A program made the position numbers and the translations under genes. Of a DNA stretch of 33,621 nt, positions 25,177-33,530 are shown one piece after another (position 1 is the stretch's first letter; the number at the start of each line of letters is the position of its first letter). Under the pieces are notes generated by a model. The model was given only the letters and a program-made list of their open reading frames with translations, was not told the DNA's origin and searched no databases. Origin of the DNA: a virus. Where the stretch lies: positions 1 to 33,621 of IMG/VR virus record IMGVR_UViG_2799112904_000001. One strand, written 5' to 3'.

Positions 25177-26562
25177 TTATATAACTGGTGCACGTCCCGT
25201 TAGTTTGAATTCCATAATGCAATAGCGTACAGAATCGACATAATGGTCAAATTCTTTAACATAGGCATTTATTCCTTCACGTTCACTTCTTAACTTATCA
25301 TAGTGATAACTTTCTAACTCTTCTAGACCAATGTCATGACCACCATATATAGGATTACTGTTAATAAAATATCTAATATGTGGCATTTCTATTATCTGTA
25401 AAAACTCTTTATAAAATAAACTTTGCATATACTGTACTGATTCATCAACACTCATATTATTTTTTTTAGCAAGTTCATGTCTTATTCCATCAACTTCAAG
25501 CCTATTGCAGAAGTGGGAAGCCTCACTATCTACTACTAAAGTATTGACAGGAATATGTGGGTATTTTTCATGTAATAATTTTATAAACTCTTTTAATTGA
25601 TTACTATAAAATTCTGTGGTTGGTGTATCGTTTTCAACTTTTGGATCATGATAATATTTATCAATTAAAACCAAATTCCATAATCTTGTCTCTTGATTCT
25701 GTGCTAATGCTATCGCACTAAAAGTAGTAGCATTTACAGAACCATAGTCACAACCTATACCTATTTCACGTATAACATATTTATCCTTAAATTCTTTTTC
25801 TGACATCTTAGGTATATGATTAAATACTACTCCAGATGCTATTACCCATTTATTAAACACCTTCTGGTCTCTTAAACTGCCAGCAGGAAAACTCTTTACT
25901 GCTTCTTTTATCTTTTCTTCTGTATCCAATACAGGATTGTCATAAGGAAAGAATACATACTTAACCCAATCTCTACCATCAATATAATCTTTTTTATACG
26001 GGTGATTCTGACTTCCTTCCACATTAAAACTATCTATTCTTTTATAGTATGGATGCCCTGCATAGCTCATCATACGTCCTGGTATTTCATTAAATGATTC
26101 ACGTAATTGACCTTGTGTATATATTCTAGCTGCTTCATCTATCCAACAAAATACCAAAGGTTTACCTAGTATTCTATTAAATGATAGTTTAGTATTGAAT
26201 CCAAAAAAGTAGAACCTAATATTAAATATCTCTAAGTATTTATCTTGCTGACCGTATTTTAAAGTATAATGTTTATATTTTATTTCATCTAATATCTTTA
26301 CTAAATTATCAACTATATTTGATTTTACTGTATCAGTTGTCCACCCTATAATAGCGCCATTATATTCACGTGGTAAATAATCTTTATTCTTACGTTGCTC
26401 TTTTTCATAATTATAAAGGTTCTCAGCATACTTTATAAGTGATAAGCATATATCGTATGTCTTACCACTTTGCGTACTTCCTAATACACTTATATTTGGT
26501 ACATTAGAACTTATTATATCATTATATAGTGATATCTGTTTCTTTGATAATATCATCTGCAT
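25177..26562 (-). CDS. terL: Terminase large subunit (PBSX/headful-type)
   Basis: Walker A GSTQSGKT, Walker B WIDEA, nuclease GCDYG...T and DH..DS.RY. Confidence 0.93.
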   Translation of the reverse strand: MQMILSKKQISLYNDIISSNVPNISVLGSTQSGKTYDICLSLIKYAENLYNYEKEQRKNKDYLPREYNGAIIGWTTDTVKSNIVDNLVKILDEIKYKHYTLKYGQQDKYLEIFNIRFYFFGFNTKLSFNRILGKPLVFCWIDEAARIYTQGQLRESFNEIPGRMMSYAGHPYYKRIDSFNVEGSQNHPYKKDYIDGRDWVKYVFFPYDNPVLDTEEKIKEAVKSFPAGSLRDQKVFNKWVIASGVVFNHIPKMSEKEFKDKYVIREIGIGCDYGSVNATTFSAIALAQNQETRLWNLVLIDKYYHDPKVENDTPTTEFYSNQLKEFIKLLHEKYPHIPVNTLVVDSEASHFCNRLEVDGIRHELAKKNNMSVDESVQYMQSLFYKEFLQIIEMPHIRYFINSNPIYGGHDIGLEELESYHYDKLRSEREGINAYVKEFDHYVDSVRYCIMEFKLTGRAPVI

Positions 26563-26809
26563 TCTCCTTTTGAGGTGCAGTATCTAATTCATCCATTGTT
26601 TCAACTGGTACGAACTTTTCTTCTTTTATCTTCTTTAATCTTTTTTTGTTTTTAGTTAGTTTTTGAGTTGTTTTACCTTGACATTCATTTGATTGAATAT
26701 CTTTAAGAATCAATTCTTTATTTTCTAACTCTAACTTTTCTTTTTCAGTAATAATTCTACCATTACCATTTTTAATCATATAATTCTTACCAACTTTTAT
26801 AAATTCCAT
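26522..26809 (-). CDS. Hypothetical protein between the terminase genes
   Basis: ORF with AGGAG SD. Confidence 0.7.
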   Translation of the reverse strand: MEFIKVGKNYMIKNGNGRIITEKEKLELENKELILKDIQSNECQGKTTQKLTKNKKRLKKIKEEKFVPVETMDELDTAPQKENADDIIKETDITI

Positions 26810-26811
26810 TT

Positions 26812-27177
26812 TTATTCCTCCTCATATAGCGTTTTTTCTAAATTACTATTATCAGTTATTGTAATATTAAGGCTAGGTGTTTCTTGTTCTTTTTCTTCTT
26901 TTAACTCACCTAATACCGCAAGAATAGTTTTATAAGCTTCAGGACTACCGCCTTTTGTTTTATCTATTGCATTGGCTAATAATCCTAATGTAACTTTATT
27001 TTTATAAGTCATATTATCATCTGTAGTTTGTTTTAGCATTGCTTCTAGTTCTTGCTTCATCATAGCCCTTTCTCGCCTCACTTCTCCTGACCTTATTCCA
27101 CCTTTTTTTCCGTTTATCTTGGCTTCTTCTCGGTTTTGTTCGCTTGTAAATGGTATTAAGTTATCTTCTTTTGCCAC
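26812..27177 (-). CDS. Putative terminase small subunit
   Basis: NLIPF......EEAK..G.KGG..SG..RR; lies upstream of terL. Confidence 0.65.
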   Translation of the reverse strand: MAKEDNLIPFTSEQNREEAKINGKKGGIRSGEVRRERAMMKQELEAMLKQTTDDNMTYKNKVTLGLLANAIDKTKGGSPEAYKTILAVLGELKEEKEQETPSLNITITDNSNLEKTLYEEE

Positions 27178-27686
27178 TATATCACTTCCTTATTATTTTC
27201 TAAAATATATTTGTGCATTTTTTTGTGGCAATTAAAACACAAATATATTAAATTATAATAATCGTCATTTCCTCCTAAACTAATTGGGATTATATGATGT
27301 AATTCTAAATTTTCTTCATTTCCACAGCAGCCACATATTAAAGGTTTTACAATTTCTTTGTTTTGTATCTTTTTTGTCAATTCTTTTCTTCGCTCATAAT
27401 TTTTTCTTTTACTATAATCTATTCTTTTTGTATGAACTAAATTATAACTCCTAATAACTCTTGATACTTCTACATTAGACAATGGTTTTCCCTTAGCCCT
27501 ATTGCTGTAACATATTATGTCTTTATCATTTAATTGACTTATTTCAAGTGCGGTTTTATTTTGAATAAAAGCATATTCTAAAATTTTCTTATTTCTTTTT
27601 TCTATATTGTTTTTAGGGTTATAATTATCTATAAAATCATATATTTCTTTTAAATTCTCATTAGATATATTCCAACCTCGTCTCAT
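27177..27686 (-). CDS. HNH endonuclease
   Basis: C..CG...NLELHHIIP.S.GG.D...NL..LC..CH...H. Confidence 0.88.
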   Translation of the reverse strand: MRRGWNISNENLKEIYDFIDNYNPKNNIEKRNKKILEYAFIQNKTALEISQLNDKDIICYSNRAKGKPLSNVEVSRVIRSYNLVHTKRIDYSKRKNYERRKELTKKIQNKEIVKPLICGCCGNEENLELHHIIPISLGGNDDYYNLIYLCFNCHKKMHKYILENNKEVI

Positions 27687-27739
27687 TTTTTATCTCTTTC
27701 TATACTATTTATATCAACATATTCAATTTCTAATTTCAT
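27683..27739 (-). pseudogene. 18-codon remnant resembling the N-terminus of a phage ParB-like/methylase protein
   Basis: MKLEIEYVDINSIERDKK*, with ATGA overlap into the HNH gene. Confidence 0.45.
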
Positions 27740-27740
27740 A

Positions 27741-27890
27741 TTATTTCCCTTTCTTTTTAGACGCTATTTTTGGTAATTTCTTCCCTTTAGTTGCTTTATC
27801 CCATTCTTCAACCGCTTTCTTACCACCTAATGCTTTTATACCTTCAGGTGTATGTCCCCATGCTCTTTGGCTTTTTGACTTCCATGGCAT
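27741..27890 (-). CDS. 49-aa basic phage microprotein (MPWKSKSQRAW...EWDKATKGKKLP), not in the ORF track
   Basis: AGGAG SD, tight packing, resembles a recurrent small phage protein family. Confidence 0.8.
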   Translation of the reverse strand: MPWKSKSQRAWGHTPEGIKALGGKKAVEEWDKATKGKKLPKIASKKKGK

Positions 27891-27892
27891 AC

Positions 27893-28501
27893 TTATTCTC
27901 CTTTCTTATATTTATCGTTTATTTTTCTTCCTGATTTAATTAAACTATCAGGACTAAACTGTTCATAATAATATAATACTTCTGTTATATTTGCTTTTTT
28001 ACCTCTCCTTACTTTTTTATTAAATTGATAATCTTCAGCTATTACTAATTCAGGATTAAATCTTATATTACCAATTAAAGACTTTTTATAAATACAATTC
28101 CAAACACAACAATTCCATTTTGGTGGATTATCTTTTATAATTATTTTATGAGTGCTACATTCCCAACTAATATAACAATAATCCCATTCTTCTTTTGTTT
28201 TATCTAATATTGTTTTAATATAATTGTCTTTTACTGAATCATCACTATCAATAAAAGCAATATATTCTCCTTTAGCATTATCCAATCCAACATTTCTTGG
28301 AATACTAGCTCCACCACTGTTTTCATTTAATCTAATGTATTTAAACCATTTAGGAAATTCTAATTTTAATTCATTATCGCTATGGTCATCAACAACTATA
28401 ACTTCAACCTCTTTTGTAATTTGTTTTTTTAATACTTGTAATAATCTTAACAAATTTTCATTTCTATTATATGTTGGTATTATTATAGATAATTTAATCA
28501 T
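27893..28501 (-). CDS. Glycosyltransferase family 2 (GT-A)
   Basis: SIIIPTYNR; VIVVDDHS; N.GG.S..RN.GL..AKGEYIAFIDSDD. Confidence 0.93.
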   Translation of the reverse strand: MIKLSIIIPTYNRNENLLRLLQVLKKQITKEVEVIVVDDHSDNELKLEFPKWFKYIRLNENSGGASIPRNVGLDNAKGEYIAFIDSDDSVKDNYIKTILDKTKEEWDYCYISWECSTHKIIIKDNPPKWNCCVWNCIYKKSLIGNIRFNPELVIAEDYQFNKKVRRGKKANITEVLYYYEQFSPDSLIKSGRKINDKYKKGE

Positions 28502-29153
28502 AAAATCCCCTTCTAGAATAATCTATTTTTATCCCTTCTTTTTCAAAAAAAGGTATTACTTCTCTAGCCCATTTTCCTTTCATAACTCCTACATTATGAA
28601 ATGTTCTATATCCCCAATCGATTATATAATCTCCGCTATTGATTAAATAATCATATCCTTTTGTATCTTGATTATATTCAACTGTCCACGGATCACTATC
28701 TTTTTGTAATATATTAATTAACTTTTCTTTATCCCATAACCCACACATTAAACTAAGTTCATATTCACTGCCTTTTTTTCGCATTTTAAAGCCATTTAAG
28801 TCACATTCTTTATCTTCTTTATTAAATACCTTTTCAAAGTTAATTAATGCAACATTACCTTTTAAAACACTTCTAGCATACTCTATACGCTTTATATCGA
28901 CTGGTTTTCTTATAAATATATCATCAATCATTAATAATATCTGTTTATCATTTATTTCTGTTAATGTTTCTCTTATTCTTTTAGTCCATTTATTTAAAGG
29001 ATAATCTTTATTAATTGTTCTATAATATGGATTTTTTATTGTTTCTGTTGCATATATAATTTCAGGGTGTTCTGGATAATATTTTTCTATACATTGATGA
29101 AATGGTTCAAATAAGTCATCATTTTTATCACATGAGCAAACTAATATAACCAT
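28494..29153 (-). CDS. Putative GT-A-fold glycosyltransferase
   Basis: ILVCSCD.N.DL; LLMIDDIFI with a DD motif; flanked by two glycosyltransferases. Confidence 0.6.
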   Translation of the reverse strand: MVILVCSCDKNDDLFEPFHQCIEKYYPEHPEIIYATETIKNPYYRTINKDYPLNKWTKRIRETLTEINDKQILLMIDDIFIRKPVDIKRIEYARSVLKGNVALINFEKVFNKEDKECDLNGFKMRKKGSEYELSLMCGLWDKEKLINILQKDSDPWTVEYNQDTKGYDYLINSGDYIIDWGYRTFHNVGVMKGKWAREVIPFFEKEGIKIDYSRRGFYD

Positions 29154-30184
29154 TCTACCAATCCTTTAGCTTCAAGATAACTTGCTCTTTGATTAATTAT
29201 TTCATTTTCAATTATACCATTACTTCTCACATAATGTTTACCAGTAACTATATCTGTATATCCTTTTTTAACAATAACTTTAGCATAATCATCAGGATTA
29301 TAATCACTTTTATTATCTAAATATTTACCCCAATTACTTTTTGGTGGTTTATACTTAAATTTAAAAGACTGTTTTACCCTATTTATATCCACTTTATTCA
29401 TCGATAAATCGCAGATAATAGAATTCCCCTTGTTTAGTCCTAATTCTTTAAATACGGGCAAATCTGTGCAAATTACGGGTGTATTTACCATAAGGCTTTC
29501 TACAACACTATAACAAAATGCTTCACAATCGCTTAATTGAACTAAAAAGTCGGCTTTTGAAACATCTTCTATAATATCCATTTTAGGCTCTTTATATATA
29601 ACATTTTTGCCTATTCCTTCACGGTGTCTATTAGTATATACTAACCACTCATAATTAACACCCGCTTTATCTAACATTCTAGCCAACTTCTGCATTCTTT
29701 TTAGACCTTTTTCCTTAGTTAATCTAGTAGCACTAATTAAATGTATTTTATCATCATTATATTTTTCAACTTTAGGAATATCTATTGAAACAGGGTTGTA
29801 AATTAATTCATAGTCAACGCCTGTTATTTCTTTAAAACTTTCTCCAGCCAATTTGCTTACTGCAATATACTTAGTAAACTTTGGATGCATTATAGGACTA
29901 AAACTAACTTGCTTATAATCGCAATGAATTAAATGTATGTAATTATTAGCAATTACGTTATCAATTATATCCGGATTATAACAACAGAAAAAATTGTCAC
30001 ACTTAATTATTTCATTTTCTTTATACTTGTGTACTTCTACATTTTTTGCTAATCTTTTTATTTGTTCTGGATGTGCTTCTTTATAATATACTACCATATT
30101 TTTGTATAATTTTGATAAATAGTAAAAGAAACTCTCACATCCACCAATATATGATATTACTTTAAAATAGAATACATTTTTCAT
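29141..30184 (-). CDS. GT-B glycosyltransferase (GT4/group 1-like) with an extra C-terminal domain
   Basis: IGG.E; IAVS; IYNP; SATRL..EKG; DFLVQLS..EAF.YS.VE.L...TPVI.TD. Confidence 0.9.
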   Translation of the reverse strand: MKNVFYFKVISYIGGCESFFYYLSKLYKNMVVYYKEAHPEQIKRLAKNVEVHKYKENEIIKCDNFFCCYNPDIIDNVIANNYIHLIHCDYKQVSFSPIMHPKFTKYIAVSKLAGESFKEITGVDYELIYNPVSIDIPKVEKYNDDKIHLISATRLTKEKGLKRMQKLARMLDKAGVNYEWLVYTNRHREGIGKNVIYKEPKMDIIEDVSKADFLVQLSDCEAFCYSVVESLMVNTPVICTDLPVFKELGLNKGNSIICDLSMNKVDINRVKQSFKFKYKPPKSNWGKYLDNKSDYNPDDYAKVIVKKGYTDIVTGKHYVRSNGIIENEIINQRASYLEAKGLVEWLY

Positions 30185-30582
30185 TTTAGATAACCAAACA
30201 CTTTTTCATTTATTTCTTTAGATGTTTTCATTGCTTCATCTTTATTTGTAAAGCTCTTAAATGCTCCTGCTGTGTTTGACACATTCCATATCTTTCGTAC
30301 TGCAACTTCTTTTTCAGTTATTGTAAACTTATCTTCATCCTTACCGGTTATTTCATTTTTTGGTACTGCCTTTTTAATGTTTTCTATTTTATAATCTAGA
30401 TCATCTATCTTTTTTTGAAACTTAGCTGCTTGATATTCTTCTTTTGATAATTCTAACATATCAACCCTAGTTAATAAATGTACTGTATTTAATGGAAACA
30501 TTACTCCTTTTTCCTCATCTGTATATATTGAAAATTCTTTACCTAATATCTCTACTTTTTCCATAAATTCATCTAATTTCAT
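30181..30582 (-). CDS. Hypothetical protein (133 aa)
   Basis: ORF coupled to its neighbours. Confidence 0.75.
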   Translation of the reverse strand: MKLDEFMEKVEILGKEFSIYTDEEKGVMFPLNTVHLLTRVDMLELSKEEYQAAKFQKKIDDLDYKIENIKKAVPKNEITGKDEDKFTITEKEVAVRKIWNVSNTAGAFKSFTNKDEAMKTSKEINEKVFGYLK

Positions 30583-30920
30583 TTTATTCCTCCAACTTTC
30601 TTAAACATTTCTTTCATATTCATATCTAATTCATCACTACTTAGATATATATCTGGTATTTTATTTATTTTCTTTTGTTTTCTCCAATATTTGCGTTCTT
30701 CTTTGTCTTTTATTGTACTAACATTTATTATACGAGATTTTATTATGTTAAATATAGGCTCTGATTCAGGTATACTGTTTAATTTCATCATAAATTCGGT
30801 TATTCCTAATTTTAAAAATTCTTTATATCTAATATTTTCATATCTAGCACAATAAAAGGCATATAACTGTTCTAAATCTTTATCGTAAGCAAAGCAAATC
30901 GGTGTTGTATTATTTTTTTT
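30579..30920 (-). CDS. Tail assembly chaperone GT extension (Gp15-like), reached by a +1 frameshift
   Basis: The +1 frame is open for at least 43 codons upstream of the annotated ATG (30791): DLEQLYAFYCARYE...EFM.KL.SIPE....IIKSR. Confidence 0.65.
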   Translation of the reverse strand, partial: KKNNTTPICFAYDKDLEQLYAFYCARYENIRYKEFLKLGITEFMMKLNSIPESEPIFNIIKSRIINVSTIKDKEERKYWRKQKKINKIPDIYLSSDELDMNMKEMFKKVGGIK

Positions 30921-31332
30921 CTGAGGGTGTTTTGGTATTGCCTAACAATGCATTACTAAAATCTAAGCCAAATGCTTCACTTTCATTTTCATTTAGCCCT
31001 ATATCTAAAATTAATTCTTGAAATATCATTCCTGTTGCTTCTTTTGATATTTCATCATATATTTCTAAAAAAGCCATTTCTGTATAATATTTTTCTAATT
31101 CATTAAGATTTGAATTGTCATAATATGTTTTCCCTTTTTCTTTCTTTTCAATTACTAAATCTTTTTTAGTTATTCCTTGCTTAGAAAAATCTATCATCAT
31201 TTTAGTTCTTGCTTTCATATATACGCTTTGCATTTTAGCAGTTAATTCTACATCTCTTTTAATTTCAAATTCTTTGTTTTTATATGTTAACTTTGTTATA
31301 TCGTCATCAATTTTTTCAAATTTATATTTCAT
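30910..31332 (-). CDS. Putative tail assembly chaperone G (140 aa)
   Basis: Size and acidic helical composition; ends ACA CCC TCA GAA AAA AAA TAA overlapping an open +1 frame. Confidence 0.6.
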   Translation of the reverse strand: MKYKFEKIDDDITKLTYKNKEFEIKRDVELTAKMQSVYMKARTKMMIDFSKQGITKKDLVIEKKEKGKTYYDNSNLNELEKYYTEMAFLEIYDEISKEATGMIFQELILDIGLNENESEAFGLDFSNALLGNTKTPSEKK

Positions 31333-31349
31333 ATTCCCTCCTATATTTA

Positions 31350-31378
31350 ATTATATCATTTTATTAATAAAAAGTCTA
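31350..31378 (-). promoter_or_regulatory. sigmaA-type promoter of the chaperone-glycosyltransferase-terminase operon
   Basis: TAGACT-17-TATAAT with TGn. Confidence 0.7.
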
Positions 31379-31630
31379 TTTTGTTTTTTGTTTACCTTTT
31401 TCATATATTCTTTCATAATGTGGCCTTAATACTTCTATAATTGTATAATCGTCGTTATAAATATGATTTAAATCATCATCATAAAACTTTAATATTGTCC
31501 AAAAGTATTGTTCATATAATACTGCTTTCTCACCATTTTTATATATTAATACATCATTTGGTAATATATCTCTTTTAGGTGATTTCATCATTGCCCTTAT
31601 CATTTCATAGTTATATATATTACTTTCCAT
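31376..31630 (-). CDS. Hypothetical protein
   Basis: ORF coupled to the upstream gene. Confidence 0.7.
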   Translation of the reverse strand: MESNIYNYEMIRAMMKSPKRDILPNDVLIYKNGEKAVLYEQYFWTILKFYDDDLNHIYNDDYTIIEVLRPHYERIYEKGKQKTK

Positions 31631-32075
31631 TGTTACCTCCTTTGTTTAATATTTTAAATAATTTACCCAATCCTGTTGTAGTTAATTCACTTCTTATAAT
31701 CCAACCCTTATCAATTGTAATTATGTCACAATTTTCTTTCATATAATCTATAGCTTTTTTTCTTATGTTTTCTAATTGTTCAACCTTTTTCTCTGCTTTA
31801 GTTAAATCTGCATTATATAAAGATTGTCCATATAATTCACACATTCTATTTAATTCTTTATTTTCTTTTTCTAGTTGTTCTACTTTTTGTTGTAAATCTT
31901 TAATTGCTTTATATAATTCTTTTTTATCAAAATTAATGGAATATGAAACATTTTTTATTCTAGGTGTTTTTGCTTCAGGCTCATAAAAGCGAGTGGGTTC
32001 TGTTCTATCTGTTATAAAAGTTGTTTTTGATGTATCATATAATCCTTTAAAATTTTTATTTATTTCTTCACTCAT
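31620..32075 (-). CDS. Hypothetical coiled-coil protein
   Basis: KVEQLE repeated twice; GGAG SD. Confidence 0.7.
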   Translation of the reverse strand: MSEEINKNFKGLYDTSKTTFITDRTEPTRFYEPEAKTPRIKNVSYSINFDKKELYKAIKDLQQKVEQLEKENKELNRMCELYGQSLYNADLTKAEKKVEQLENIRKKAIDYMKENCDIITIDKGWIIRSELTTTGLGKLFKILNKGGNNGK

Positions 32076-32444
32076 ATTTACTTATTCTCCAATCTTATAT
32101 TCCATACAACTAAATTGTTCTTTTGTTACTATTGATTTAATATCTAAATATTTAACATATTTCATATTTCTGTCTTTCAAATCAATATATCTTAACTCAT
32201 TATTAATATCTTTTTCTATAACTAAATATCCATTAACATAGTCTCCTACTTCTATTAAATCTATTATATTAGGGCTTGATTTGATAATTTCACTTTGTTC
32301 ATATAAGGTTTCATATTTATTTTTGTCAGTAGTAATAATTTTTTCATATCCTTGAAAGTGTACCCATTCTTTTATATCTGTTATTTTTTCTATTCCATGT
32401 TTAGTTCTTACATAATCTCCTTCTGTCATATTTACTTATTCTCC
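32072..32444. repeat. 19-bp direct repeats flanking ORF 32082-32429
   Basis: tcatatttacttattctcc at 32072-32090 and 32426-32444. Confidence 0.85.
32082..32429 (-). CDS. Hypothetical phage protein
   Basis: GDYVRT..G; S.NIIDLIEVGDYVNG; IKSIVTKEQF, recurrent in Bacillota phages. Confidence 0.75.
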   Translation of the reverse strand: MTEGDYVRTKHGIEKITDIKEWVHFQGYEKIITTDKNKYETLYEQSEIIKSSPNIIDLIEVGDYVNGYLVIEKDINNELRYIDLKDRNMKYVKYLDIKSIVTKEQFSCMEYKIGE

Positions 32445-32716
32445 TTTAATAGTAATTCTTCTATTTCTTCAATGGTGTAAGGGTAATCTTTATCTAAAGC
32501 CCATATTTCAGTGTGATACCAATACTTATCTCTATCTTCAACAAATTCATATTCAAATTTATAATTTAACGCACCATTCTCTTTAAATGTGTCATAGTAA
32601 TATACATTAAAATATTTTTTATCATTAATTTTTTTCTGATAAAATCTATCGCAATTTTTCCATACTGGTACATCATATTGTTTATATCCGCTATTCAATA
32701 ATACTTTTTCTGTCAT
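32432..32716 (-). CDS. Hypothetical protein
   Basis: ORF with GGAGG SD. Confidence 0.7.
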   Translation of the reverse strand: MTEKVLLNSGYKQYDVPVWKNCDRFYQKKINDKKYFNVYYYDTFKENGALNYKFEYEFVEDRDKYWYHTEIWALDKDYPYTIEEIEELLLKENK

Positions 32717-33027
32717 TTATTTTCCTCCTTTAATTCTTGTAATTTTTCAAAATATTTTAACCAACATTTTTTATAAATATCATTACAATTTTCTTCACAA
32801 TAATCATCTTCATAAAATACATCCTGTGCTTTTTCTTCTTTTTCATCTTCAAAACCAAAGTTTAAAGGGCATTCTTCTTTAAAAAAACTAAATTCTAACA
32901 TTGTATCTATTATATTATTTAATCTATCTAACTCTTCGATTATTTCATCAGCATCTGGAGCTAATACTTTATAAGGCACTAATTCTTTTAATCTTTTTGT
33001 TTGTCTTAAATCTAAATAATCATACAT
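32713..33027 (-). CDS. Hypothetical protein with a Cys-containing C-terminus
   Basis: ECPLNF...YCEENC.....CWLKYF. Confidence 0.7.
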   Translation of the reverse strand: MYDYLDLRQTKRLKELVPYKVLAPDADEIIEELDRLNNIIDTMLEFSFFKEECPLNFGFEDEKEEKAQDVFYEDDYCEENCNDIYKKCWLKYFEKLQELKEENK

Positions 33028-33382
33028 CTTTATTATTCTCCTTTAATTCTTTTAAATCTTGTAATTCCATAAATGATATTGTAAATCCTGTTAAATCGCT
33101 ATTATCATACTTGTTTTGCATAAATTTAAATATGTTATCTATTATTTTGTTTAGTCTTTCATTTTCATCTAATAAAGTAATGTCATTTATATTATGATTT
33201 TCTCTTAATTTACAATTTTCATTATAAATTCTTTCATACTCTTTATTTAATCTATCTATTTCTTTATTTTTCTCTTCTAATTGTTTATTTAATGTACCTT
33301 TATATTCTTCATAATGCTCAGGTGATAAAACTAAATCTACCCCCGCTAATGTTCCTAATATTAATTTATCTTCTTTATTCAC
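33020..33382 (-). CDS. Hypothetical coiled-coil protein (probable GTG start, MNKEDK)
   Basis: GGAGG SD before the GTG, which overlaps the upstream stop codon. Confidence 0.65.
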   Translation of the reverse strand: MNKEDKLILGTLAGVDLVLSPEHYEEYKGTLNKQLEEKNKEIDRLNKEYERIYNENCKLRENHNINDITLLDENERLNKIIDNIFKFMQNKYDNSDLTGFTISFMELQDLKELKENNKDV

Positions 33383-33530
33383 ACATCCATCCTCCATATT
33401 TATTACAATATTTTTGTAGTATAACTTTTTCCATATCTTTCATTTGTGATTCTTTAAAAGCATATCCTAAACCAAATCCAAACAATAATACCAATAACAT
33501 AATACTTATAAAACTTAACTTGTCTTTCAT
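33375..33530 (-). CDS. 51-aa single-pass membrane protein (MKDKLSFISIMLLVLLFGFGLGYAF...), not in the ORF track
   Basis: GAGGTG SD; hydrophobic helix. Confidence 0.7.
   Translation of the reverse strand: MKDKLSFISIMLLVLLFGFGLGYAFKESQMKDMEKVILQKYCNKYGGWMCE

Noticed and set aside
1810-27686. Group I introns hosting the HNH genes
   Set aside because: Flanking genes (terL, endolysin, holin, ssb) are intact and I saw no intron core motifs; the endonuclease genes are free-standing
3140-33197. Plus-strand ORFs from the track (e.g. 3140, 6547, 9812, 11572, 16595, 24577, 28224, 31765, 32901)
   Set aside because: They are antisense shadows of minus-strand genes or regulatory regions with biased F/L/I/S composition and no convincing SD; 6547-6768 overlaps the putative sRNA and the endolysin end
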